Shown here piece by piece: positions 1-13,851 of a stretch of 64,000 bases of DNA (positions are counted from its first letter, which is position 1; each line of letters begins with the position of its first letter). The stretch spans positions 23,746,001 to 23,810,000 of the forward strand of contig OX597830.1 in NCBI GenBank assembly GCA_951406725.2, given 5' to 3'. A program made the translations under genes and the position numbers. Source of the stretch: Octopus vulgaris (lineage: Eukaryota). Under the pieces are notes generated by a model. The model made no database searches. It was not told the DNA's origin and saw nothing but the letters and a program-made list of their open reading frames with translations.

Positions 1-69
1 GTTTTGCGGGAAGTGGGGAGTTGCTTACATCAACCCCAGTATTTAATTAGTATATATATTCTGTCTTAA

Positions 70-460
70 GGTGGCGAGCTGGCAGAATCCTTAGCACGTC
101 GGGCGAAATGCTTAGCGGTATTTCGGCTGCCGTTACGTTGTGAGTTCAAATTCCGCCGAGGTCGACTTTGCCTTTCATCCTTTCGGGGTCGATAAATTAA
201 GTACCAGTTAAGCACTGGGGTCGATATAATCGACTTAATACCTATGTCTCTCCATGTTTGTCCCCTCTATGTTTAGCCCCTTGTGGGTAATAAAGAAATA
301 GGTATTTCGTCTGTCTTTACGTTCTCACTTCAAATTCCGCCGATGTTCTTTCATTCTTTCGGGTCGATAAATTAAGTACCAGTTGCGTACTGGGGTCGAT
401 CTAATCGATTGGCCTCCGCCCCCAAAATTTCGGGCCTTGTGCCTAGAGTAGAAAAGAATA
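70..460 (+). mobile_element. tRNA-derived SINE family N (Nin/Deu-domain-like), dimeric: head + 184-bp unit with tail A + unit with tail B
   Basis: Head GGTGGCGAGCTGGCAGAA, B-box-like GAGTTCAAATTCC, central GTCGACTTTGCCTTTCATCCTTTCGGGGTCGATAAA..AGTACCAG; more than 15 copies in the window. Confidence 0.85.
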
Positions 461-476
461 TGTATTAGATTTTAAA

Positions 477-690
477 GTGGCGAGCTGGCAGAAGCATTAC
501 CACGCCCGACGAAATGCTTAGCAGTATTTCGTCTGTCTTTACGTTCTGAGTTCAAATTCCGCCGAGGTTGAGTCTGCCTTTCATCCTTTCGGGCTCGATG
601 AGTTAAGTACCAATTACGTACTGCGGTGGATCTAATTGATTGGCCCACTTCCCCAAAATTTCGGGTCTTGTGCCTAGAGTAGAACAGAAT
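477..690 (+). mobile_element. SINE family N monomer with tail B
   Basis: Same head and core; ends GGGTCTTGTGCCTAGAGTAGAACAGAAT. Confidence 0.85.
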
Positions 691-697
691 ATATATT

Positions 698-833
698 CTA
701 TCGACCTCGAAAGGATAAACGGCAAGGTCTACCATGGTGGAATTAGAGCACAGAATGTAAATGCCGACAATGACGGACGAAATGCCGATAAGCGTTCTGT
801 CCGGCGTGTTCGCGACTCTGCCAGCTCGCCGCT
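698..833 (-). mobile_element. Diverged SINE family N copy, inverted relative to its neighbour
   Basis: Reverse complement of head (CTGCCAGCTCGCCGC) and core. Confidence 0.7.
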
Positions 834-1064
834 TTACGTACACACAAGCACACATTAAATACTAGTAAACACACACACACACACACATACATAAAACGAG
901 TTTGTGTATGTGTAGACGCATGCACACACACACATACACACGTAAAAGTTTTGTGAAGCTTTTGCAATTATAATAAAAGTATATATGTATGTGTATACAC
1001 ACACATGTATATATATTATAAATTCCCCATATTTACAGAAAGATAGAAACACGGATATATATAA

Positions 1065-1095
<31 letters not shown>

Positions 1096-1361
1096 CATGT
1101 ATGTATAAATATATAAATACACATATATAGGCATATGTATATCTTTACATATATATATATATGTGTATATATAAATATATGCATATTGATATGTGTGTAT
1201 ATATATATATATGTGTGTGTGTGTATATATGTATGTATATATATATACATAAATATATGTATATTTATATGTGTGTATATATGCATGTGTATATATATAT
1301 ATATATATATACATACATACATGCATATACACACATACACACTACACACACATATATACAT

Positions 1362-1437
<76 letters not shown>

Positions 1438-1873
1438 GTGAATGTATATTTTGGCACATGCGCATTAATACATATCTCCGCGCTTAAGATACGAATCATC
1501 ATTTACGCAGAACTTATCTTTCTACATTCTTCCAATTTTAATGCTTGTAATGTCGCGTCCTTTTACAAATCTACAAGAAGCGATCAGCTGTATTCTCGCT
1601 GACTCCTTCCATAATTTTTGATATGCTGCGATAAAGCGTCTGCACACTTGCTTTTATCAAAAAGATTATTACGAAAATAAACGTTACTTCTCTGGTGATT
1701 AGACTGGTATTTTAATCCGTCTACGTAACGAACATATCTCTTGTAAGAACTTGAAAATTTAGCTTAGTTTTGCTTAGATACACGCGCACACACACACGCA
1801 TGTACACACGCACACGCATATACACACACACTCATGTACACACACACACACACACTCACATACATATATAAAT

Positions 1874-1928
<55 letters not shown>

Positions 1929-2402
1929 TGTATATTTATATTATGTATGTGTGCATGAATACATATATAAATAAACCTGTATGCATAAATATATATATAT
2001 ATATATATACATGCATGCATATGGACATATACATGTAGTATATATATATATATACATATACATACATGTGTTTACATATATATATGTATATATATATATA
2101 TGTATACATATATGTATATATATAAATTTATATTTATATATATGTATGTATATATATTTATATATATATATATATGTGTGTGTATGTGTGTGTGTGTGAT
2201 TGTGTGTGTGTATGTATGTATGTATGTATGTATATATATGTATGTATACGTAAATTCAAATATATTTGTACATTCATATATACACAAATAGAAATATATA
2301 TGTGCATATATGTATATATACGAACGTGTATATGCACGTGTACGTATATATACAAAATATCGATGCGTGTATACATATTCATATAGTTATACACGTATAG
2401 CA

Positions 2403-2450
<48 letters not shown>

Positions 2451-2477
2451 TTACATTTTGTTTCAAATTTCGGTACA

Positions 2478-2680
2478 CATTTCGGTACAAGGGTTTCGGA
2501 AGAGTGGACAGGTCGATTACATTCAACCCCAGTGCGCAACTGGTACTTATTTGCATCGACTTCGAAAGGATGAAAGTGAAACTCGTCCTGGTGGAATTTG
2601 AACTCACAATGTGAAGACGGACGAAATGCCGCTAATCATATCAACCGGCGTGCTTAACGCTTCTCCCTGCTCATCGTCTT
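2478..2680 (-). mobile_element. Diverged SINE family N copy
   Basis: CTGGTACTTATTT..CGAAAGGATGAAAG..GGAATTTGAACTC. Confidence 0.75.
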
Positions 2681-3159
2681 AACGTGTGCCTTTATACTGA
2701 CAGGGATGACAAACGTCGGATATTGAACAGGACGTCAATTATTTATGTTTAAGTTACATCCCAGTCAGAGAAGATCAAGATCAAATTCCATGAAGTCATT
2801 CTAGATTTCGTTAACACACAAAGTTAAAATCTATTGAGACAATTGATATTTCTTTTTTGCCAGAATCTTTTTTCTTTTGGGTCTTTAATTTTGCATTCCC
2901 AGAATTTGGCTCTCTCTAATCTTTCTTAATTCGATTGAATAATCATCGCACGGTATCTTTTGGAGTTGCTCATCTTGTTTCTGTTGTTGTTGTTGTAGTT
3001 GCGTAGCGCCAGTCCTGTGTCTGATTGTGAAACCCCATGGTTCTTCATTAGCCGCTGGAACTCTAGGCTCGATCCATATATCCATTGCTGAAGATAATCC
3101 ATAATCCATATACGATGCATTACATACAACCTCGCACGCACACACACACACATACACAA

Positions 3160-3368
3160 TATCATGTTGATTCGCTAGCTTCTGCACGCATTTTCTTTCT
3201 CTCCTTGTTTCTTTCCGTGTTTCTTTTCTGTGTATCTTTCTGTTGAAGAGCGTAGGCTCGAAATGTAAAAGACTTGTTTTATTTTTATTCCTGAGCGCCA
3301 TACTAATACAATTGTTTGCTTGTATTCCACCTGCCTTCGTCTTTGTTTATTTTCATAAAGCTTCCCGT
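3160..3368 (+). mobile_element. Penelope-like 3' fragment (family P4) with minimal type I hammerhead-like motif at 3235-3272
   Basis: TCTTT-CTGTTGA-A-GAGC gtag GCTC-GAAA-TG-TA-AAAGA; ends on (TA)n; homologous to 6169, 24732 and 24976. Confidence 0.7.
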
Positions 3369-3406
<38 letters not shown>

Positions 3407-4536
3407 GGTGATAAATAAATAAAAATATATGCATACATACAAACATATATGTACGTACCTACATCTACATGTATATATACATGCATATATAAATAATTAT
3501 ACGTGAGTACAGGACATCACAATAAGACGTAGAAACGGAAAAACAAAAAAAACAAAAAACAAGAAAACGAAAAACGAAAAACAATTACAGGACGAGCTAC
3601 ACAAGGACAAAACCCCCGTCATCAGCTGTCGCTAGTGGAGTCAGGCATGTTTCGAAGGCAGAGACAGAACACTAATCCAATAGGCCTTCCTGCGAGAGAA
3701 TTAAAATAAAATTCCAAGCAGCGGGGCAAAATGAGTACGAACACGAACAAGACGTAACAATAAAACTGCAAAAATAAAAATACATGTACAAAAAATACAA
3801 TTAATTACAAAACGAGAAAATAAAAAGAGAATACAATACAGGGAATCAAACACACAAGAGGACGAACGAAAAAGCCTTTTTCTGGCATAGACAAACAATA
3901 AAACTGCAAAAATAAAAATACATGTACAAAAAATACAATTAATTACAAAACGAGAAAATAAAAAGAGAATACGATACAGGAAATCAAACACACAAGGGGA
4001 CGAACGAAAAAGCCTTTTGCTGGCGAAGACGAAGGATATTGTATCAGCGCGTGGAGGCAGTCTTTTCAGTAGTAAGAATCACGTGTAAAAGAAATTTTAT
4101 TTTATAAGCTGGCAGTAAAGAAGAAGGAAGGAGGAGAGGGACACGCGGCGGAGAGAGAGAGGAGGAGTGGGAGGGAGAGAGAGTGAAGAGGTTAAAGCAA
4201 AGGGAGAGAATTCCGCATCTTAAATATAATAATATAAAAAAAGGAACCAAGAAGTGGAACGAAACGACGAATCGGAACGAACCTGATGCGGGCGCTGTCA
4301 GACAATAAGGTGATAAATAAAAATATATGCATACATACAAACATATATGTACGTACCTACATCTACATGTATATATACATGCATATATAAATAATTATAC
4401 GTGAGTACAGGACATCACAATAAGACGTAGAAACGGAAAAAACAAAAAAAACGAAAAACAAGAAAACGAAAAACGAAAAACAAGAAAACGAAAAACAATT
4501 ACAGGACGAGCTACACAAGGACAAAACCCCCGTCAT
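3407..4536 (-). mobile_element. Non-coding (TA)n-flanked element (family P2): ~902-bp unit plus ~230-bp terminal direct repeat (pseudo-LTR-like); permuted hammerhead motif at 3613-3672
   Basis: 3407-3622 repeated at 4309-4536; internal ~138-bp duplication 3756-4032; (TA)n on both sides. Confidence 0.7.
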
Positions 4537-5213
4537 ATATATATATATATATATATATACTACAATATATACACTGACACGTAATACACACGTATTTATA
4601 TGACGCACACACACATAAAATAAAAATTAAGCAGAAAATGGAGAAATATTGATCAACAACAATTGATTAACATCGATTATTACTTTTTAATGCAAAACTT
4701 TATCCCATCTAACAGCCGTTTCTGCTTCCAATGTTCTCCAGTGTTGCCATTGAAAATGCTGAGAATAATATGCGTCATATTTTGCAACACATCCGATCTG
4801 GAACTTGGAGTTTCATCAGAGTGAAGAAAAATACATAAAAGAAAAATACAGAAAAGAAAAGGAAAGAGCGTTGAGAAGAAGAACGAAAGCTTGATATATT
4901 TAAATCACACCATTTTACAGTATAACGCTTCAGAACGTTGAGTAAATGACTAAACTAGAAATATTAATTGGTGCGCTAATCTTTCTTTAGGGGTAACAGG
5001 GTGTATAAATAATAAAAAAGGTAAAATAAATACTTTACCATAACGGGATACACCAATAGGTCTAGAAAAAGAGGGAGCGATAGTGTCATAACGTTTTGAA
5101 TTAATCATAATAGTTCTTAAGATTATGTTAATAGTAATAATTAATAGTTATTTCTAACAAAATGCCCATCAATTAATTATAATTATTTACTTACTGATAT
5201 GTCTATCTGTCTA

Positions 5214-5244
<31 letters not shown>

Positions 5245-6024
5245 CCTCTCTGTATATACTTGCCCCAGCAAGGCCGTAGCACTAGAGCTGAGTAAAAAGA
5301 AATTGTAAATGATATTTGTATGTATGTATGTATGTATGTATGGATGGATGGATGGATGGATGGATGAATAAATGGATGGTTGGTTGCATGGATAATGTAT
5401 GTATAATGTACGTATAATGTATTATATTGTATGTATGTATGTATGTATGTATGTATGTATGTATGTATGTATGTATGGATGGATGGATGGATGGATGGAT
5501 GGATCGATGGATCGATGGATGGATGGATATGAATGCATTTATGTAAGCATGTATGTATTTATGTATTTATGTATATGTATGATCCATTTATCCAAAGCGC
5601 TTTCAGAAACATAACTGTACATTTTATGTAAAATTCATGCGGTTCAGTTCAGTGTTACCGCACAGGCATATTCCAGCCTCTGCACTATCTTGTCTATTTC
5701 TGTAGTTCTTTTGAAGACCATACAAAACATTCTGGCATGTATGGGATAAAAATATATGTGGTGCAGTGTTGTTCTGTGCAGATGCTGCAATCCCTCGTGT
5801 ATATTTCTGCTGGGGAATATACTGCATATAATGAGATGTAATGCCTGACTGTGAACGAGATATAAAGGAGCAAAATTAATATCAAAACTGTAAGCTTTAT
5901 GTACATGGTGTACTTCGCTAACGTGTTATAGTGTGATACATCCACACATACATTAGATGCAGGCGTGGATGTGTGGTAAGACGTTTGCTTTTAAACTACA
6001 TCGTTCCAGGTTCAGTCCCACTAT

Positions 6025-6076
<52 letters not shown>

Positions 6077-6168
6077 GTTTTGACCGCATTGGTCCCTCTT
6101 AGCGTGTTGGTATCTACGAATAGTAGTACCCTCAATATAATATAAATGAATATATATATATATATATA

Positions 6169-6369
6169 TGACCTCGTGAATACTACCTGCAATTTCTTTT
6201 CCTCTGTCGTCCTGTCTCGGGATCTTTCTTTCTCCTATGTTTCCGACGAAGAGCTCCGCTCGAAACGTCAAACCCTCCTTCTTCCCTTCTTTCCTGAGCG
6301 TCCAATAATACTTTATTTGTTCCACATCCTTGCGTTGTTGTCTTTTTGTTTTCTTGTTTGGATTAACTT
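6169..6369 (+). mobile_element. Penelope-like 3' fragment (P4-related) with minimal type I hammerhead at 6239-6273
   Basis: GTTT-CCGACGA-A-GAGC tcc GCTC-GAAA-CG-TC-AAAC; (TA)n on both sides. Confidence 0.72.
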
Positions 6370-6394
6370 TATATATATATATATATATATATAT

Positions 6395-6840
6395 AAAGTT
6401 ATATATAAATGCATTGCGAATAAGCCCGCCATTTTCATAGATATGTAAAGATAAACATTCGTACATGCTACGACGAATTCTACGGTTGGCTATCGAGCTT
6501 GTAATGTTATGTTTTCTCTTATATTTCTTGAGTTTGTTGCACTGATGAACATGAAATGCATATTCTGCATTAAATGCAAAATCACATGTGATATGTAACT
6601 GAATTCTCTTTTAAAATGATGTGTTTTGAAGTTTTGCATTCGGTAAAATTTTGTTTATTTTTAGTAGTTTTGACCGCATTGGCCCCTCTTAGCGTGTTGG
6701 TATCTACGAATAGTAGTACCCTCAATATAATATAAATGAATATTTTCAAAGAGGAAGAATTTACGGACTTTTTCTCTTGCGAGGTTTTTCACGCTGACTA
6801 CTGATAATTTCTTTTAAAGATTTTATCCTCAATTGTTAAT
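6395..6840 (+). mobile_element. (TA)n-flanked element with decayed hammerhead-like motif at 6542-6597
   Basis: CTGATGA-ACATG...CATGT-GATA(GAAA)-TGTA; segment 6662-6743 is duplicated at 6072-6152. Confidence 0.45.
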
Positions 6841-7001
6841 ATATATATATATATATATATACATATATTTTATATGCAGAATTTAAGTTAGTTGAAATAT
6901 GTTTGTGACTTATTGGCAAATACACTCCAGTTACCGTGGAGAATATATCTCTCTTATGGTAAGAAAATAGTGTGAAAATACCCGGTAGGTTCATATATAT
7001 A

Positions 7002-7043
<42 letters not shown>

Positions 7044-7440
7044 TGTTTGTCGCACATCACAGCTCGACAAGCGGCCTTGATGTGTTTATGTCCCCCTGAA
7101 ACTTAGCGGTTTGGCAAAAGAACCAGATAGGATAAGTACCATGGCCGCAGTCTAATGACTGACACGAGTAAAAGATAAAAGATATATACATACATAATGC
7201 ATCCATGCGTACATACATGCTTACATACATACATATATACATTCATACATACATACTTACATACATGTATATATACACACATGCTTACATACATATATAC
7301 ATTCATACATTCATACATTCATACATTCAAACAGGCATACATACATACACACATACATGCATGTTTACATACATATATACATTCATACGTTCATACGTGA
7401 ATACATTCATACATGCATACATTCATACATGCATACATAC

Positions 7441-7528
7441 AACGCTCTTCTACCCTGACTATGAATTTTCATTCTTATCTACCTATCATCATAGGTGCAT
7501 CGAGTTATGTATCAACAAATTTGCGCAA
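7441..7528 (+). pseudogene. R4/Dong-like retrotransposon C-terminal fragment
   Basis: Reads LFYPDYEFSF / PIIIGASSYV (frameshifted); homologous to LLYPDYKFWFILVIIGALGYV at 56.95 kb; follows a degenerate (CATA)n. Confidence 0.55.
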
Positions 7529-7935
7529 TAAGCTAGAAATACTCGGTTTCACGGGAAAAAATGGCTGAAATTGATGGGTGAGCGTTTGGCTCAATCAGAT
7601 GCACAAGGAGACATGTTACTGTTGATTTGAGGGTTCGATTCTGGCTAGGGTTAGCTCATTACTTTTCGGTCATTTGTCTGTATTTAAAAATTGTCGCTTC
7701 AAATCGGAGAATATATATTATTATGATATATATTATCATTCAGTTTATATAAGTTCACAAATTTTGGTTGGTAGGGATATACAATCCAAGTGGTCGCATG
7801 TACCGGTTATTAATGCCGGCTAACCTCCGCGAGTGTATAAAAAACTGCAGTTAGTTTGATTTACTAACCCCAGTCTATCTTCACATCGGTAAATACATAT
7901 GTCTCTATTGAGTTTGTACGTTTTTTGTAGAGAAA

Positions 7936-8065
7936 ATAATGAATTTATAAAAAAGGAGAATATAGATTTATATCCAGTTTGATTCAGCAGTTAATTACTG
8001 AAAAGAAGTAATTAACTGCTGAATAAAACTGGATATTAATCTCTATTCTCCATTATTATAAATTC

Positions 8066-8070
<5 letters not shown>
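7936..8070. repeat. Fold-back inverted repeat, ~63-bp arms, ending on (TA)n
   Basis: ATAATGAATTTATAA..CAGCAGTTAATTACT / AGTAATTAACTGCTG..TTATAAATTCATTAT. Confidence 0.85.
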
Positions 8071-8110
<40 letters not shown>

Positions 8111-8451
8111 GTCTAATGGTGTCTGTCTGTGTGTTTGGGCCGTTTGAATGGAAATTCCCATAACGATGTTATTTTTCCTGCAGCTTTTGCATTTTTTCAC
8201 GTGTAAAATTTCAACAAAATCGATAGAATAATCTCTAAGGAAATGTTTATTTACATTTCTGTCCTCTTGAAGCCCTCTTGAATTAAATAAACACCTTATG
8301 CATCACTCCCACCACAAACTTGACCTATATCTTTAATTTCATCGAGATCGGATCAATAATGAAAAAATTACGGCAATAAATATAATTCTTATGGGTATCT
8401 GCATATTGATTTTATAAACGTCTGCTCATGCGCAAAAACTGTTACACTAGA

Positions 8452-8845
8452 TGAGTTGAACAACATCCCCCTGGAGCAGCTTCCTGGACAGTGGTGCACC
8501 TACAAATCGATTGACACCGTTGTCAACATTACTGATGCTACGGAATATGCTGTTGAAGTATTGAACACTCTGGCACCATCAGCTCTACCACCACATGATT
8601 TGCAGCTAAAGACAGGCGCTCCAGTTATGCTGTTGAGGAACTTGGATCCGCCCAAACTTTACAATGGCATGCGACTAATCATCAAAAGATTGATGCCAGA
8701 AGTCATTGAGGCGACAATTCTAACAGGAAAGGCAAGTAGCGATACTGCTTTTATCCCCAGAATTCCACTGATTCCATTTCAAGCGGCTACAATTCCCAGT
8801 CAAATTCTGTTTCGGCATGAGCATAAATATAGCCCAAGATCTAGC
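8452..8845 (+). pseudogene. Helitron RepHel PIF1-like helicase fragment
   Basis: LPPHDLQLKTGAPVMLLRNLDPPKLYNGMRL..IPRIPLIP, then frameshifted FKRLQFPVKFCFGMSINIAQ. Confidence 0.92.
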
Positions 8846-8957
8846 TGAAATTTTGTATGTGCAATTATTTATATCTCTATAGATTAAGTGGCAAATTACA
8901 GCTCTGAACTAATTGTGGTTTCTGATTTACAGGTGTTTGAACTGAGTCAAGTGGGAA

Positions 8958-10006
8958 ATGGAGCCTGTTGAGTGTCGAGCAGTGATCCGGTTTTTGTATT
9001 TGAAAGGACGCACACCACGGGAGACTTTTGATGAAATGAAAGTAACTTATGGTGATGATGCCCCATCATATGACCTTGTAAAACGCTGGCATCGTGAATT
9101 AAAACATGGTCGGAACTCTGTGGAAACAGCTCCCAGATCTGGTCGCCCCCTTCTGCCATTCATGAGGCATTTGTCCGTCAAGTTGAGGCTGCCATTTTGG
9201 AAGATCGACGCATAACTATTCGCCAAATAGCCCATTAGGTCAAGATTAGTACCAGGTCTGTGGAAACTATCATTCATGACCATTTGCATATGCAAAAGGT
9301 GTCTGCCAGATGAATTCCCAGGCTGCTCACACCTTTCCAGAAGCAAGAACGCGTCGAGTGCTCGAGGATGAATTTGGAGATGTGCCAAGAAGATGAGTCA
9401 AAATTTTTCAAAAGACTGATTACACAGGATGAAACCTGGGTCCATCACTATGATCCAGAGACCAAAGCCCAGTCAATGCAGTGGAAGCACCGTGACTCAC
9501 CTCCTCCAAAGAAGGCAAGGGTTCAGCCCTTCGCTGGCAAGGTCATGCTCACAGTCTTCTGGGACCAGGACGGAGTAGTGATGACAGATTTCCTGGCAAA
9601 GGGTACCACAATTACAGGAGCCTATTATGCTTCACTTTGAGGCAATTAAGAGAAGCTATCAAAATCAAGAGGCGGGGCTAGATCAGCAAAGGCATCCTCC
9701 TCCTGCAGTACAACACTCCAGTCCACAACTCGCGTGTCGCCAGATCAGAAGCACAAGCGTGCGGCTATGAACTCCTCCCCCACCCCCTACTCTCCTGACC
9801 TTGCACTCTCTGATTTTCACCTCTTCCCATCCATGAAGTTGTTTTTGAAAGGAAAGCGTTTCCCAGATGATGCAGCCTTGATTTCTGAAGTCACGTCGTG
9901 GTTGGAGGACCAAGCTGGGGTCTTCTACAAAAACGGTCTCCAGAGCTGCATCAAATGAGGGGAGAAATGTGTAACTCTGGGTGGTTCCTATGTAAAAAAA
10001 GACTAA
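8958..10006 (+). pseudogene. Mariner (DD34D-type) transposase pseudogene; element ~8850-10035, no TIRs seen
   Basis: HTH MEPVECRAVIRFL..RSGRP, (W)IPRLLT, TQDETWVHHYDPETK, KVMLTVFWD, PPYSPDLALSDFHLF; frameshifts and stops. Confidence 0.95.
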
Positions 10007-10066
10007 TAACTGTGCCAAGTTTCGTTGCTCTACTAATAGTGGTTTCGTCTCTAATTTAATATTATA

Positions 10067-10125
<59 letters not shown>

Positions 10126-10478
10126 AAGAATGAAAACAGTAAAATTACCACCGGGTGTAACACTCATTCATTCTTCCAGAATCTATAAAATAATTTACCC
10201 ATCAAACTCTTTGAACACATAGTATCCATTGGACTAATGATTATGATTCTTTGTTTAGTTTTGTTCTGCAAAATAGTACGTTTCCGTTGCAATAAATAAA
10301 ATTTTTTTAAATTGTAAAATCTTTATGAAGGAAGACATTTTAGAAAAGTTTGAAGAATATTTTATTATGAGCTCATTTTATTATGAGCTCATTTTTCTGT
10401 TCAGAAAATTCAAGAAATATACGGTGAGGTAATTTTCTTTGTTTCGTATATTCCGTTTGATAATTTGCCATAGTTCTA

Positions 10479-10581
10479 TTATGACGTCATAAACGGCCGC
10501 CTTTTCTTATAAATAGAAGGCGTAATTCGATTTTGTCTTCATAGCATTGATATATTTCACCGACTTTTAAGATAGGTAAGT
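10479..10581 (+). promoter_or_regulatory. Candidate Pol II promoter (CRE + TATA) with short non-coding first exon and splice donor
   Basis: TTATGACGTCATAA 10479-10492; TATAAATAG 10508-10516; predicted start ~10540; AG|GTAAGT with GT at 10576. Confidence 0.5.
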
Positions 10582-11197
10582 AATTGATTCTACTCACACA
10601 TGTGCACACATACACACATGGACGCACGCGCACACATACACAAAAATATGCACGCAATTTTGTAGTAGCGTGTATCGATCTTGAGAGCTGTCAATACTCA
10701 AACAATGGTCCTTAGTGTAGGAGAAAATATAAGTTCCAAAGGAATAGGCTTGCTACGATTTTTCACCCATTTTCCGTAGTGACCTCCCTAGAAGAAATTA
10801 GTTTAGTATTTGCTCAGCCCATTCGTGTTTGAATGCGAGTGAGTCCCCTACTGTTACTCTCGAAGGCCGTTTGTTGTAGTCGATTCATTGTAAGTCAGCC
10901 TGCACAGAGTACGGTTGGTTAGTTGGATCATAATGTGCTCTAGTAACGGTTATGCTTAGATAATGAAACCGCAGGAGGAAGATAAGTTTCCTGAATAGAT
11001 TCAGTTATATCACATTAGTGTATAATATAAAAAATTATATATAAATATTTGTTCATGTGAACCTGGTTACAAAATCTACCGTTTAAGTTCGACGGGACTT
11101 GAATAAGAATTATTCATTTATATCAGAAGTTATTAAAGAGTAAAATTATGTAGTCGGTTTTATGAACCTTTGAGTTCATGCTGGTTGGTGTCATAAC

Positions 11198-11427
11198 TAT
11201 TTCTTTACTACCCACAAGGGGCTAAACACAGAGAGGACAAACAAGGACAGACAAACGGATTAAGTCGATTATATCGACCCAGTGCGTAACTGGTACTTAT
11301 TTAATCGACCCCGAAAGGATGAAAGGCAAAGTCGACCTCGGCGGAATTTGAACTCAGAACGTAACGGCAGACGAAATACGGCTACGTATTTCGCCCGGTG
11401 TGCTAACGTTTCTGCCAGCTCGCCACC
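11198..11427 (-). mobile_element. Full-length SINE family N (tail A) with target-site duplication
   Basis: Flanked by CTGG(T/C)TGGTGTCATAAC on both sides. Confidence 0.9.
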
Positions 11428-11679
11428 TGGCTGGTGTCATAACATAGTTGCAAGGTGTACGTGCTGTACTAGGTAACCGTATTGACTCTTAACCAGGCTC
11501 TTTCAATGCAGGAAACCTGGGAGTTACAACTATGAAGCATTTTTATAATTAAAAAATATATATATATTTCATATATATTTTAGTATTTTGTGAGTTGTTT
11601 GTGTTTGTGTGTAAGACATATGATCGTATATCTGCCTGCCTGTATCTGTATGTCCGTGTGTGAAAGTGCATGTACGTGT

Positions 11680-12946
<1,267 letters not shown>

Positions 12947-13287
12947 TGTGTGTATGTATATATATATATATAAACACACACACAAGTGTGTGTGTGTGGG
13001 GTGGTGGTATTGGTGTGTGCTTATGTTTACTTAGAAAGTAAAGACGGGTGAATTTCCGATTCGCAGTTTGTCCAGCGTGCTAACGATTCTGACATCCAGC
13101 AGCCATTGAATTACTCAATAAGCGTAATATAGGTTAAGAATAACATATTTAGGTTAAATCAGAGGCTAATGTAATCGGAAAGAAAAGCAATCACATTACA
13201 TCCATTTACATCTTAATCTTAATTCATAACTATCGTATTTATCAAATTTTCTCTACAATTTACCAATACATTTTAGTTACGAAACTG

Positions 13288-13461
13288 AAGACGTGGCTGT
13301 GGTAAGAAGTTTGCTTCCCAAACACATGGTTCCAGGTTCAGTTTCACAACATGGTACCTTGGGTCAAGTGTCTTCTAATCTAGCCTCGTACCGACCATAG
13401 CCTTGTGAATGGACTTGGTAGACAGAAACTGAAAGAAGGCCGTCGTGTGTGTGATTATATA

Positions 13462-13493
<32 letters not shown>

Positions 13494-13619
13494 AAATATT
13501 AGGGAATAAATCCAAATTTACAAGGAAAAATCAGATTTAAGATTGAATCCAATTTTATAGTAAAATATTATATTATATCAAATTAGAGACAAAACCATAA
13601 TAGTTTTGTCTTTAATTTG

Positions 13620-13656
<37 letters not shown>

Positions 13657-13851
13657 ACTTACATAATATCAAGGTTTGTTTCATTCTTTTGTTGTCTTAA
13701 TATTTCTATCAATATACATATATATATATGTGCGTGTGTGTGTGTGTGTGTATGTGTGTGTGTGTGTGTCTGTGTGTTTGTATGTGTGAGTGTGTGTCCC
13801 TCACCACTGTTTCACAACCAGTGTTGGTGTGTTTACGTCCCCGTAACTTAG
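13288..13851 (+). mobile_element. SINE family M with an insertion in its microsatellite, 3' end replaced by LINE sequence
   Basis: Head 13288-13446; body resumes ~13795 and ends at CCCGTAACTTAGCGG. Confidence 0.7.

Larger units (their letters stand above)
5960..7180 (+). mobile_element. SINE family M (internal microsatellite), split by several insertions
   Basis: Head GGCGTGGATGTGTGGTAAG..GTTCAGTCCCACT at 5960-6025; tail AACTTAGCGG..ATGGCCGCAGTC..GTAAAAGATAAAAG at 7040-7180. Confidence 0.65.

Noticed and set aside
855-2614. Many YI/CV/HT-rich ORFs here and throughout the window (e.g. 42854-43945)
   Set aside because: Translations of (TA)n, (CA)n and (CATA)n microsatellites, which lack stops.
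2885-3136. Minus-strand ORF portion EVVCNASYMDYGLSS..QILGMQN
   Set aside because: No recognisable domain or splice sites; at most a very decayed LINE remnant.
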